Positions 12,495-25,006 of a stretch of DNA of 64,000 nucleotides are shown in pieces. Origin of the DNA: Paramecium tetraurelia (taxonomy: Eukaryota); NCBI GenBank assembly GCA_000165425.1, contig CT868071.1:69089-133088 (forward strand), read 5' to 3'. The translations under genes were made by a program, and so were the position numbers. The stretch's first letter is position 1, and the number at the start of each line of letters is the position of its first letter. The notes under the pieces were generated by a model, which was not told where the DNA came from, did not search any database, and saw only the letters and a program-made list of their open reading frames with translations.

Positions 12495-13126
12495 ATAAAA
12501 AATTAATTAAAAAATAATTATATCGTTGAATATGTAAAATCTCTTTCTACAAATAACAATTAATTTATTAAAATGTTATTAGATTCGATATTCTTAATTC
12601 AATCTAATAAATAAGTACTTTGGAAAATACCATTTTGTTTTTACATTATTGATAATTAATACAAATTTCCATGGTCAAAAATTCATCATACATTTAGTTA
12701 AGAAATGTGATGCTATTCATTAGATGCTGATTAATAAATTAAATCTAAATTTTAACTTTTGTAAAACTAGATTTACAACAAAAGCAAATTTTCTTTGCAG
12801 TTAAAAGACTGAGAATTTTTATTTTTCAAATAAATTTGGAACAGCATCTTAAGTAAATATCATTCTTAAGCCAAGTGACCAAAACTCTAATGGTCATAAT
12901 ATTCTATTTGAAAAATCCAAAAATAATTAAATTAAATGTATTTTTGTAAAAACTATAAAGTATACTCAAATACTAACATTAAGTAAAAATAAGTGGTGAG
13001 AATAGAATAAGAAGCAAATATATTATTTTATGATAAGGTTAGTATGTAAAATAATGATGTCCATAATATATTAATGACAATGATTGTTTTAATTTTTAAA
13101 TAAAAAAATAACAAAGATTTTAATTA

Positions 13127-13561
13127 ATGAAGGGATAGGCTGAATAATAGAAGGGAGCAACAAAGACTGTCAAAAAAGTTAAAACAACAAATAAAAGAGC
13201 TCCAGTTAGGTAGAATTTAGCATTTAAAATTAGATTATGGGTTAAGGCTGTATTTACAGGTTTTAGAAGATCGAAAGTTTAATAGAATGAAAACCAAGCA
13301 TTACTCAAAATTGAACACGTCAATGATGTTGCTTCAAGTAGATTCTATTGGGGAAAAAGAGTTGCATACATTTACAAAGCCCATTCATTAAAGAATAACA
13401 CCAAATTCAGAGTATTTATTAATTTCATTCAGGCAATTTGGGGACGAATTAGCAAATCTCATGGAAGCAATGGAGTTGTTACTGCTCGTTTTGGTAGAAA
13501 TCTTCCTCCAAGAGCTATTGGATCAACCCTTAGAGTGTTCCTTTATCCAAACAGAGCTTGA
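13127..13561 (+). CDS. RPL35A: 60S ribosomal protein L35a (eL33)
   Basis: RLWVKAVFTGFRRSKVQQNENQALLKIEHV...FYWGKRVAYIYKA...IWGRISKSHGSNGVVTARFGRNLPPRAIGSTLRVFLYPNRA; two tiny introns. Confidence 0.97.
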
Positions 13562-13661
13562 ATTCACATATACAATATACAATAATACATTAATCAAGTT
13601 TTAATTTGATTTAACCCAATAGATACATAATTCTTAGCTTTATTTAATTTTCTCTTATTTT

Positions 13662-15020
13662 ATGAAAAAAAATCAATTCTTTTTTTAGACATTAAAAATC
13701 TATAATAAAAATTAAGATAAAAATTGACTATTAATAAAAATGATGTTACTAGGATCTTCTTCTCCAATAGAAACGAATAAGTCTCTAAGATTTGCAACTT
13801 AGTTTTGAAAAAATCCAAAATTTACAATAAAATTGAATTTGATTTAGAACTGTAATAGTTGGATCATATCTAGTTTATCTGAGTTATCAGGCACTATAGG
13901 CATAGAACAATTAACAGTATTACATTAAGTTATTTTCAATTGCTGCTGAAGTGTTTTTGCTTAATGAACTTGCTAGAAAAACAAAGAATGTTATTTCTGT
14001 TTTAGAATTTTAGTACTTAATTTTGAAAGCTAAAGCATTTAATCGAGAATATTTTAGAAATTATTAAAATGATACAATATTGATTTTTGTTATTTCAAAC
14101 TAAGTATGAGTCATGAAAAATTTAATTGTAATCAAGTGAGAAAATATTGGAAATATTGAAAGAGATAGGCTTATCAAGAATTTAATTGAGTTGCGAGATG
14201 ATGATTTATGTTAAGGAGATAACCCTCAAGCTAAGCTTTATTATCTCACTAAAGTACTTTTAACTCTTTGCTGAATCTGAATTTTATAAATAAATGGTAA
14301 AAATTCAAATTGAATTAAAATAAAATAATTTATTTATTTTTTTATGGCTGATCAAATAAAAGTTCTAAATAAACACTTTTTTTAAGAAATGGTTTAAAAA
14401 ATACTTAATAGTTTTGTTATTTAGATTTCAATATCCTTTATTAGATCAAGCAGGACATTTCTATATTGATGATTGAAAATAATTTAGCAAGCTTTACTAA
14501 CGATATTGACCTCAATCACAAATTGACATGCTATTTTTTTATTAAGAAAACGTAAAATTTGTGTAAGAATATTTAAATACAAAATGCTTCATATATATTT
14601 TTTATATAATTAAATTGATTATAATTTGTGAAAAATTTTGGTGCATTAAGTCAATTAAGGAATAGGGGTTCTCTTTAAAGGTATAGAATGAAATTATTTA
14701 AAAAATAAATTATCAAAATTGAATATGGTTTTGATAAGTAAAAGAAAAATAATAGTTATAAAATTTATATGGATATCCCAAAAGTCATCACAGGCCATAG
14801 TGCATTATTGATAAGAAAATTGATTTTAAATACATTATAAAATAATAGTAGATGATATTGAAATAAAGCAACAAATTTTTGAATTGGAAATTTTATACAA
14901 ATACTTATTATAATAAAGAAGATGAAAGAAAACAAATAAAAATTTTCTAAAAACTAAAAGATAGTTTAATGTTGAATATAATGAGGTGATTTAAAATGTT
15001 GCTGAAATAATTTTAAGTTA
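13662..15020 (+). pseudogene. Probable decayed gene with frameshifts and TGA stops
   Basis: About 1.35 kb of protein-like frames (e.g. AAEVFLLNELARKTKNVISVLEFQYLILKAKAFNREYF and IERDRLIKNLIELRDDDLCQGDNPQAKLYYLTKVLL) broken by TGA and frame changes that I could not rescue with GT-AG micro-introns. Confidence 0.45.
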
Positions 15021-15062
15021 ATAGGGTATAAATATATATAAATATATATAAGTATTATGTGG

Positions 15063-15069
15063 TGATTCA
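15063..15069 (+). promoter_or_regulatory. AP-1-like TGA(N)TCA motif upstream of the metallothionein
   Basis: TGATTCA about 80 nt upstream of the ATG, with a second partial copy GAGATTCAT at 15080-15088. Resembles the MTCM1 core of Tetrahymena metallothionein promoters. Confidence 0.4.
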
Positions 15070-15146
15070 TTAAAAATTTGAGATTCATAAATTAATAATT
15101 GGTTTAAAAATTGAAATAATTGTTGTTGAAGACGCAATAATAAAAA

Positions 15147-15734
15147 ATGAATTAGTAAAATATAGATTCTTAAGAAGGGATATAACACTGTAAATGCACA
15201 GATAACTAGTGTGTTGAGTAATGTTAATGCAAGACTGGTGGATAATGCAAATGTACTAACTGTAAGTGCAGTGATTGCTAATGCACAGATAAATAATGTG
15301 TTGAGTAATGCTAATGCAAGACTGGTGGATAATGTAAGTGTACAAACTGTAAGTGCAGTGATTGCTAATGCACAGATAAATAATGTGTTGAGAAATGCTA
15401 ATGCAAGACTGGTGGATAATGTAAGTGTACTAACTGTAAGTGCAGTGATTGCTAATGCACAGATAAATAATGTGTTGAATAATGCTAATGCAAGACTGGT
15501 GGATAATGTAAGTGTACAAACTGTAAGTGCAGTGATTGCTAATGCACAGATAAATAATGTGTTGAATAATGCTAATGCAAGACTGGTGGATAATGTAAGT
15601 GTACTAACTGTAAGTGCAGTGATTGCTAATGCACAGATAAATAATGTGTTGAGAAATGCTAATGCAAGACTGGTGGATAATGTAAGTGTACAAACTGTTC
15701 CTGCTAATTGCCTTAAAAATAAGATATACAATGA
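15147..15734 (+). CDS. Metallothionein-like protein, 195 aa, 54 Cys, six-fold repeat
   Basis: Code-6 frame: MNQQNIDSQEGIQH, then 6 x (CQCTDKQCVEQCQCKTGGQCKCTNCKCSD), then QLPQKQDIQ-TGA. About 28% Cys, mostly in CXC; no aromatic residues, no signal peptide, no intron. Confidence 0.88.
15189..15704 (+). repeat. Tandem repeat, 6 x 87 bp (coding)
   Basis: Anchor GCAAGACTGGTGGA recurs at 15229, 15316, 15403, 15490, 15577 and 15664, an exact 87-nt period. Confidence 0.97.
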
Positions 15735-15925
15735 GTTCATATATAATATTATGCAAACAATTAATATATAAATATTTTAAACACTATAATATTTTGATTA
15801 CCTACCTAACTACAACCTTTTTTAATTTATATTGCATTAATTTTTTCCATTTCTATTTTTTTTTAAATATTTACTTTATAAATAAATTAGATTATTATTT
15901 ATTCATTGTACATATATATTAGACT

Positions 15926-17015
15926 TCATTTAAGACTTGGAAACAATATTTATTTACCACCAGCGTTAGGCGAATTAATATTTAAATTATCTCTTAGAAT
16001 TTCTTCTTCATTGACGACAATTTTATTAGGTGTCTATGTGCATCTATCCTCTGACATTGAATCATTTTATTTATCATTTAATTCATCATTTATATCTTCC
16101 TCTTTTTATATTTATGCAATTTTTGCCTAAAGACCTGATTTGACGAGTATTTTATGTTCTTCCAATTTAGGAGTATCAGCTGGACTTAGTAGTTTATCTC
16201 TTTAACTATCAGAACTTGTTGGGAAATCAAAGAATAATTATTTTATCCCCATAACATCAACATATTCAAATTTATCGAAGTGAGCATACTTAAATAGCCA
16301 TTCATGTACAGGCCTAACATCTTGAAACTTGGATTAAGTTAATTCGATACTTATGATAGAAGCTTTAAAAAAGGAATTAAAAGCGTTAATTCCTAATCTG
16401 TTTTATCTTCAAAATAGTTTAAAATGTGCACGGCATTCATTGGCTAAAACATAAAAGAGTTAACCGAGTTCTAATGTCTAAAATTTTCATACATCAATTA
16501 AAATCACTGAATCAAGTTTTCTTTTTAATAAAGAAAGATCCTTAACAAGAATGTCTTTGTAAACTGTGCAATTTTCTCTAAACAATCTTAAATCAACCAA
16601 GCCATGAGGATCCAAAAAATCAATAACAGAATTTGCATATTCACTAATACTAGCAGTGAAAATGATCAGCTCAAAATATTTAGAGGCTTCTTCAATAAAA
16701 TCATGAGCACCTGGTCTGATGTTAACATAAATTTTATATTTTTAATCGTTCATAGTAACCTGATTAGTTTTACACTTACTTCTACAATTAAATCATTAAC
16801 TTTCATTGGCTCGAAAGAGCTGTGAACCAGTGTTTCATCCAAATCAATTACAAGAGTTTTTCTCCCCTTATCTAATAAAAAATTACTTAAGATCTTTCAG
16901 TTTATTGTGGGATTTCAATGGGATTCTTAATCTATTCATAACTTTAAGATTTAGTTTTTTGAAACTTTAGACACTTGCAAAGCAATTGAATTAAAGAACT
17001 AGTTTATTATCTCAT
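15926..17015 (-). CDS. CTD small phosphatase (FCP1/SCP/NIF family, HAD superfamily)
   Basis: RKTLVIDLDETLVHSSFEP, RPGAHDFIEEASKYFELIIFTAS, RLFRENCTVYKDILVKDLSLLKRKLDSVILID. Confidence 0.92.
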
Positions 17016-17880
17016 TTTTTATTAAATATTTTTGAAATATTTTTATCATTTTTCAGATAAAATGTTTATTCTAATAGTTCAATAGATCTCTAAATATTTA
17101 CAGTTAGAATATTGTTTTATAATAAATAATATTTTGTAATTGTTTAATTAAACTTTCTTGCTAGGAATGTTTTAAAAATTGTTGAACTTCTAAATTTACG
17201 AAAATTAATATTATATAAATAGTAATCATCTAATATTTTATTATTAACTGTCATTAAGTAACCAAACAAATATAAAAATGCATCAACTTGCAGCGGAAAA
17301 GTCTAACATAAAATATGCAATCGTTGTTAAATGTTGAAATAATGATAAAAATAGTTGATAGATAGGATAAATGTACTAAAATATTATTTCTCAGATTTTA
17401 AAGGGAATAACTATATAATCATAACTGAAATGAAGTTGAATTCAGGATTTAATAATTAAATGATTACTTATATCAATTATTAGATAATAAAAATATCAAA
17501 AACTCAGTTATTTTTATAGACTTGTTATTGATTATAATCTTTTTACTTTAAATATCTAGGAAGAATTCTTTCATTCAGTTTAAATATTAATCAAGAAATA
17601 TTTTGTACACAATTCCATCCTTATCAAATTTTTCTGAAGATTCTGAAAAAGAGGTTGAGAGGTTTTACCTAGATTGGGGAAAGTATCTATCTTTTTGACT
17701 CATAGACTTACGGAGTCAAAATTGATTTAGATCCTTAATTATAGCAAGTAAAACAAGCAGTCTGAAATGAGTTGAACTTTTTTAAATACTCAATAAACTG
17801 GGAGTTAGACAATATAAAAACATAAAAAAAAAGAAATTATAAATTATCTGTTATTAATTGCTATCATAATTAATTCAATT

Positions 17881-19141
17881 TCAATTAGCAAGCAATTTTC
17901 TCTTAAGTTGTCCTAACTTTGAGGAGATTAGATCAACTGCAACTGCTACAACCCTCTTTTATTTAATTCTAAAAGTTGTTTAATATTTTACCTGTTGGCT
18001 GTGTCAGTATCATATTCATTTTTTTTAAGTCTGCAATCTGTTTCTCGATTATCCAATTCTCGAGTTTTGGCAACAATTTTTGAATCAACTTCAAACTTTT
18101 CATTTGATGCTTATTAAATTCTAGTTGATAATGATTCGACAAGTCCTAAAATTATATAATAAAAAACCTTCCATATATGTTCTATCTTAACTAGCTTAGA
18201 CTAATTAATCAGACAATAGGGTTTAGAGTAAATCAAAATTGCCAGATCTGAGTGCTTCTGCTTAATCTTCTCTAATTCTTTCGGATTAAATATAATTCTC
18301 AATTTATTTTAAGATTGATAAGACTTTTCTAGTCAAAACTTCTGCTTAAGAAGGTTCATCTTAAGCTTTGGCGGCTAAACGACTCATCATTTCAAGCATG
18401 GCTCTGTATCCTTCTAAATGTACCTAGAATAAGTTTTTAATTAACATGATGCTTCAATTTATTGACTTTAGCGGCTACTTAAGTGAATGATGTAAATTAT
18501 TAGCCTTAATCTTCTGCGTCATCAACTTCAGATTAATCATATTTGAAACTGTATGTTTCTTACAAGAATGAAGGTTCAGGTTTGTCAAATCTTTTTCTAT
18601 TTTTGACAAGTACGTCTAAATAACTATTGAAATATCCTTTAACTTGATTAACACCAAATAATGCTTATTCCAAATTATCTAATATAACTTAATATGTAAT
18701 GGTTTCTGTCTCTCTTTTATGAGTTTGATAATTGAGTTCTGCTTTTAGATCATTAATTTCATTATTTTTTCTTTCTAGACTAGCTACTGCTGACACTTTC
18801 TAAGGATTTAAGCTGTCTAATTCACTCTTAAGAGTTAAAGAATTGACAGTATTCTAATTAATTTGATCTTTTAAAGTATTTATATCAATGTCACAATTTT
18901 AGGTAATTCTAGCTATCCTTTTATCATCCCTTTCTTATTCATTCTCAAGGGTAGTTTCTAAACCTTAAACCATATCTATAAGATTAGAGACTACAGGATC
19001 GCCGGTTTGCAATTCCATCAAAATGGTTTGTAATATTGTTTAACCAAAGTTGGAGTTCTATAACTCCTCTACCTACTAATCAAAATCAGCAGCTTAGCTC
19101 CCAAGAATAAGTAGGAATGTAAGTACAATAGAAAACTTCAT
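17881..19141 (-). CDS. Trichocyst matrix protein / granule lattice family precursor (divergent from T1)
   Basis: Signal peptide MKFSIVLTFLLILGSQA, then ELQNSNFGQTILQTILMELQTGDPVVSNLIDMVQGLETTLENEQERDD; acidic coiled coils, SFLQ/SFTQ linker motifs, paired Cys typical of the TMP/GRL family. Confidence 0.82.
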
Positions 19142-19910
19142 TATGAATATAAAATATATAATAACAAATCCGTTTTTATTAGTTTTATATTATTCCAATA
19201 TATTTGAATCAAATAGATGATGTTGAATGTGCCTTTTAGTTTTCATATCAGACCTCAAGGTAAAGATAGCACTCCATTCAATTATAATATCACATTTAGC
19301 ATATCAATTATTATTTTTATTATTCACTTTTTTACTTTGTTTACAATCTATGTATTTTCTCAGTATTTCAATAAGTTCTATCTCAAAGATAGCCATTTAT
19401 TTATTTATAATTTCAGATATAAATTGTAATTTATAATTTCTTACTACATCCTAAAAGGATAAATGATATTTTATATAAGATTTCATTATCTTATGAATGC
19501 TGTATTTAAATTAACTTATCCTACCTGAATATCTTCTTGAAAATTAATAATTATCCATATCTAAAACTCTATTTTCTCTCTTTATATATCCAATCCAATA
19601 ATTGAAAATTGCAAAAATAGATGTGAATATAATTATTTCTACATTTCGAACTGCTTAATTATTCTCCTATTCCATAGAATAATAATCCAAATTAGGATAA
19701 TAATATTTCCTATTCAAATTAAATAGTTATCCCTTAATTTCATAAAATAACCCTTAAGTAATTTGAATTTTTAATGATGAACTATATTTGCCTTTATTTT
19801 AACACCTAATATTAGTCTAGCCTTCATTCTTTATTCATATTCAAAATTTTTGTTTATAAAGATAAAAACATAATCTAAAGGTTTTAAAGTTGTAACTTTT
19901 TATTAAAATT

Positions 19911-20681
19911 ATGTCTTTATTTCATATTATAAAATCTGTTCTTTACTATTTGCTATTACCCTTAGTATTCGGAAGTACGGTTGATATTTCAAAATCTCAA
20001 AATGTTCTCAATAAATCTTTATAAGGGAAGACTTGCTAGGATAAGTGTAGAGATAATGATGATTATGATCGATGTTATATTGACTGTAAAATGGAGAAAG
20101 AAAAACCAATGATACAGATAATTAGCATAACTTGTATTGTTTTAGGATTGATGTTCATATTATTCTTAATTTGGAAACGAAATCAGGTCTTAAGATTATT
20201 TCGATGTATTCGAAATAGAAGGACAATAATGATGGAATCGTTCTTAAATAATGCAATTTTGATAAAAAACAATAGCCCTTTGTTGAACCAATTAAGAAAA
20301 GTGAATAAATTGCTAAGTTAATAGAAAAATGAATTGATATTTATATAAAATGGAAAACTTCACAAAGAAGAGAATGTCTAAATAACGTGTAAAATTGATG
20401 AGGAGAAACAATACATTTAGATTACTCTTTTGGGGAACGATAAGTATGGTATTTGGAGTGGCAGTGGATTTACCATCATGGATTTTAATTATTAAATTAA
20501 GATATGGTTTTTGAAGGATTATGAAGAACAACGAGAAGCAAGAATATCTGGGTTGTGGGAGCATCTCCTCTATTAAGGGGAATACGATGAAGAAGTAAAA
20601 ATCTTTAGTGGATAATGGCATTATGATGGATTTGAAAATGATTTAACTTATAGTGGTACTTGGTTACTAAAACTCATATGA
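19911..20681 (+). CDS. Hypothetical type-I membrane protein
   Basis: 256-aa intronless ORF with signal peptide, small Cys module CQDKCRDNDDYDRCYIDC, TM IISITCIVLGLMFILFLIW and a beta-rich cytosolic domain. Confidence 0.75.
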
Positions 20682-20866
20682 ATATAGTATCTAATAGTTT
20701 GAATGCTTTAATTGCAATAGTTATCAATTAGATTCATCAGCTCAGAATTAATAGTTATAAATCAATTTTGCCAAAGTAGGTCCTAGAATAAATCGATTGA
20801 TATACTATTGAAATTAATGACAAATAAATCGTAAATAAATTTATTTTTACAAATATCATTAATCCT

Positions 20867-21754
20867 ATGCTCTTATCTACATCCAAGCTCACCACTTCAA
20901 AACTCTCCTCTTCTTAATTGTAAAGTCCCAAGAGATCTACAATTAATTATCTCAGTTAAGATTTGGATTCCCCAGCTAGACAGAGAATCAAATTACTTTC
21001 TGATAAATGGAATCACATTTAGAATGGAATTGATAAAGATAAACTTGAGAAGCGTGAAGTATTGGAGGAGAGAATCAAAATAATAGAGGATGTTTTAGCC
21101 TCTGAGAAGCCAAAAGATGAATAAAAATTTAAGGTATTGAAGGATTAAGTCTTAAAATTGTAAGATCAAGCGCATAATTAAAAATCAGAAAGAGAAGTAT
21201 GCATTAATGTTAATTAGGCATTTGATGATAAAAAAGAGAAAGACTTTAGAACACTTTCAGATAATGTAGCTCTATCTTTTGATTAAGAAAGAAATGCCAG
21301 AGGATAGGCAGAAACAAAGCTTTAAAAATAAATTGATGAAAGATTTGCTTAAATTACACTCACAATCACTAGAAACACTCATTAGTATGAAGATAGAAGT
21401 CAAGCAAAAATTGCTGAAGTTCTTTAGTAAGTCTAATTAGTTAAAAATTAATTAGATTAAGAAAGAAGATCAAGGTACTGATTGATTTTATGAAATCTTA
21501 GAGAAGAAGCAGCAGAATCTTTAACTGAATAAATCGATAGTGAAATTAACAAATTTTCAGACTAATTACTCGTTGAAAAGAAAGTCAGAGAAGAAACCTA
21601 AGGAAAAATATTTAGAATGATTGAGGATGTTCATGGAAAGCTACAATAAGACATCAGCTTTGAAAGAAGAGAAAGAGAAGCTACAACTGAAGCATTGCTG
21701 AAATTATTAGAAGACGCCTGCATTAAAATCGATAAAAATTTTAGATAATTCTGA
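20867..21754 (+). CDS. SF-assemblin / beta-giardin family (striated rootlet) protein
   Basis: Short S/P-rich head, then periodic coiled coil with ERRSREE, EKKVREETQGKIFRMIEDV and ERREREATTEALLKLLEDACIKI; two introns. Confidence 0.85.
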
Positions 21755-22048
21755 TTTATAAATCGATTAAATATCAATTATATAATATTTATTTAATTTT
21801 ATACTTTCATCTTCTTTCATAATAGATAATTTTGTCTTTCGATCCTATAATTCGGGAGATTATAATAACACAATTAATCACCTTTTGTTTTAATAGTTAA
21901 CTGCTTATGATTATTGTATTAAATCCTCAAAATACTCCTAATCCTCACTTAGTCTTAAATTATATCGAATTTAAAAAAAAAATAGAAATAATAGAATTAT
22001 AAATGAAAATTAAATAAAAATCATCGATTGCAAAGTATTATTTAATAA

Positions 22049-25006
22049 ATGAATTCTGATTAGAAGATAAGTCTTTTGCTTCCAGATGGTAGTCCTTACA
22101 ATTTCAATGTTAAAAACAAGGATGAAGTCTATTATAGACAAATAGCTAAAGGTAGAAAAATAAAATTAAATAATAGAAATTAAATTGGGAATCCCTGAAG
22201 AGTTCGTAGCAGTGTATGATTTGAAGTAAAATAAAGTCATTAGCAAATATTATGATAAGTAATTGTATAATTTTACAAAAGATTAGAACCAACTTCAGTT
22301 TACAGAATATTTCATTTATAATAGGCAGCGAGCATGATTTAAAATAAGGATTAGGAAATTACTAAGTACAAGGCTGAATTCTAGGATCTCTAAGAAAGAT
22401 AAAAATCTTTTGAAATTGAAAATCAAAAAATCCAGCTTCAATCAGGTACAAATGTTAAAGAGCTTTAAGAAAAATTAATTGAAGCTGAAAAACAGATATA
22501 AGTGGGTAAGGATTAAATACAACAATAAAGAAAGGATATATAGTCCTTGTAATATGATATAAAAGTAAGTAGTAGTTAATAAGATTTGGTTAAATAAGAC
22601 ATGATAAAATAGTTGCAAGAAAAAGATGCAAAATGTGAGACATATGGTCAATAATGTTAAAAATATATAAAGGATATCGAAAATTTATCGAATTAATTAT
22701 AACTACAAAGGCAAAATCTATATTAAGTTAAAGAATAGTTCTAATAATATTAGTAATAGTTTTCAAACTCCTTACAATAATGGCAATAACATTCACTATA
22801 ATTAGAATCAGAGAAAAAAAAATTCCAATTAGAGAAGAATTAATCGGATTCAGAAGTAAAGAGATTAATAAGGACAATTGAACAATTAGAAGATGATGCT
22901 CGAACTAAAAAATCTGAAATTTCTAGATTGAAAAGAGATAAATAGTCTTTAGAATCAGAAATAACTTCATTGCAAGAAGATATCACTGATTTAAATATAG
23001 AATAGGATAAATTCGGAGCATCATTAAGGAAATTGTAATCAGATATTGCACTTAAAGAAGGAGAAGTATAATAAAAAAATAAAGAGATTAGTTTGCAAAA
23101 ATAAAATTTAGAAAAAATAAATCAAATGCTTGCGAGCAAGGAAAGGTAGATTCAAGAATTATAGAACAGTTAAAATTAATAAAATAAAAATGAACGTTCT
23201 TACGATTAAGAGCATATATTGAACTTATAGGAATAAGTGAAGCAATTAAATGAATAAAATGACCAATTGATGAAAACATTAGAATCAGTACAGAACCAAA
23301 CATCCGAACAGTAGAGTAAACTAAATTCAGAATAATCATAAGCTTATGAATTGCAAGTATTAAAGGAAAATTTGGAAAAAAAATTGAAGTAATGTTAAGA
23401 GGAATCAAAACATAAATTGAATTAAAAATAATAGGAAATTGAATCATTGAAATAAAAGCTTGAGAATGAATTAGATATGGTTTAAAAAAATTTATAAGAG
23501 TCGATCAAAGCACACAAAGAAGATGCTGAGAGATGGAAAGAAAAGGAATAAAATTACGAAAATTATTTTGAAAAATTTAAATTAAATTTAGAGGAAGTTA
23601 AGAATGAGAAAATTAAATTTGAAGAAGATGCCAATAAATAAAGATAAGAACTTTTAAATCAAATCTATGAATGCGATTCTTAGTTGTGTTAAAAGTAACT
23701 GGAGCTTATTGCAATTTAAAATTCAGCTATTGTACCTGTTTACTAGTTTAGAATATAAAGATTAGTGGAATAAGTACCTAGAGAATATTTCAAAGAAATA
23801 GAATTTGCAGTTGAAACTATGATGTTAAATAATGTAAATCCAGAAAAATTTCTTTAAGATAATTAAGGCAAATGTTAAAAATTAACTTTTAATATGAGTC
23901 AAATTTTACTAAATAAGGCTAAGGCAGAGGTTACTCTTTATAACATTAGTGACTAAGATTATAGAAAATGTGTTGATATAACTAATATTGGAAAAATTAC
24001 TGGTATTTAATGCTCTGTTCAAGTTGAATCAGATAGCACTTCTTTGGATAGGTATTACTTTTTCAAATGTCTTGAATGTCCCAACAAGAAGCAATTTGAA
24101 GGTAAAATTTTCGGAATTAAATAATGCAAAAATCAAGACATAGAAGATTTGGAGGCAAAAGAAACAGCTATTGACAATTGTTTGTCAACAATAATTGCTT
24201 AGGATGTTATGAATAAGTTTGTCAAAGAATTATAGGAAAAAAAAGCTGAAAACATTTTGGAGTACAAATTCAGAGAATAATATGTTATTGAAACTTTAAA
24301 GGATTTTAAGCAAGTGTTATCAGAAATATAGGGCTAATAGCTTGCAATTTAAGATCAAGGTATAAAGAATTATTTTGAGTTTATTGAATCATTAACTGGC
24401 GAATAGTCAAATGAATTTTATGATTTTACTAGAGAGTATTCAACCGATAGAAATTAACCTGCAGATGGAAACATTATCTAAGCATTTTTGAAAGTTTATG
24501 AAAATTAGAATACTATGGATATTTAGGAACTTCAGGATATTTAGAAACTTTAGGAAATTTATGCTAAATTTGATCCAAAAACTATCAAAAACTCGCTTCA
24601 TCATTTTATTGATTTTATTGGAGGGAATATGAAAGAAATGCCCTAAAGACTAGTAAGATATTAATACAATAATTTAGTATTATTCTATTCAAGAAATTGA
24701 AGTTAAACCAGATTTTAAAAAATATAATGGAGGACATTTGAATCTTGATTCAAGCTAGGAAGGAAAGTTCTTATCCGCATTTACATATTATTCAATCGTT
24801 AAGAGTTATGGATAGATGTGTATTTCTCACTTACAAGGAGTTGGGAATTAATTATATGATCCTTTAGTTTCGACCTATGATGGATTTTTAGATAAATTGG
24901 ATTAAGGATTTAATGAAATAAGAACTATTGAATCAAAGTTTTAATCAGAATCCAATCTTAATAAAGGGATAGAATATATGAAAGCACTTGGTATCAAATG
25001 GAATTG
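22049..25006 (+). CDS. Coiled-coil protein with C-terminal alpha-kinase (MHCK/eEF2K)-like domain, probably inactive
   Basis: Long N-terminal coiled coil. C-terminal motifs QEIEVKPDFKKYNGG, FLSAFTYYS, MCISHLQGVGNQLYDPLVST and LDQGFNEI align with alpha-kinase F.KYN / AFSHFTY / DLQGV..LTDP / N.G..GI. Confidence 0.78.

Noticed and set aside
15189..15704. CRISPR-like array
   Set aside because: Contiguous 87-bp units with no unique spacers, in eukaryotic coding context.
11188..15734. Functional metal/selenium cluster (tRNA-Sec near metallothionein)
   Set aside because: Separated by unrelated genes (RING ligase, RPL35A). Proximity in such a compact genome is likely coincidental without synteny evidence.
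15018..15771. 240-aa minus-strand and 186-aa plus-strand repetitive ORFs in the ORF track
   Set aside because: Shadow frames of the 87-bp repeat. The code-6 frame with ATG 15147, TGA 15734 and a strict CXC pattern is the coherent gene, and unit variation is largely synonymous in that frame.
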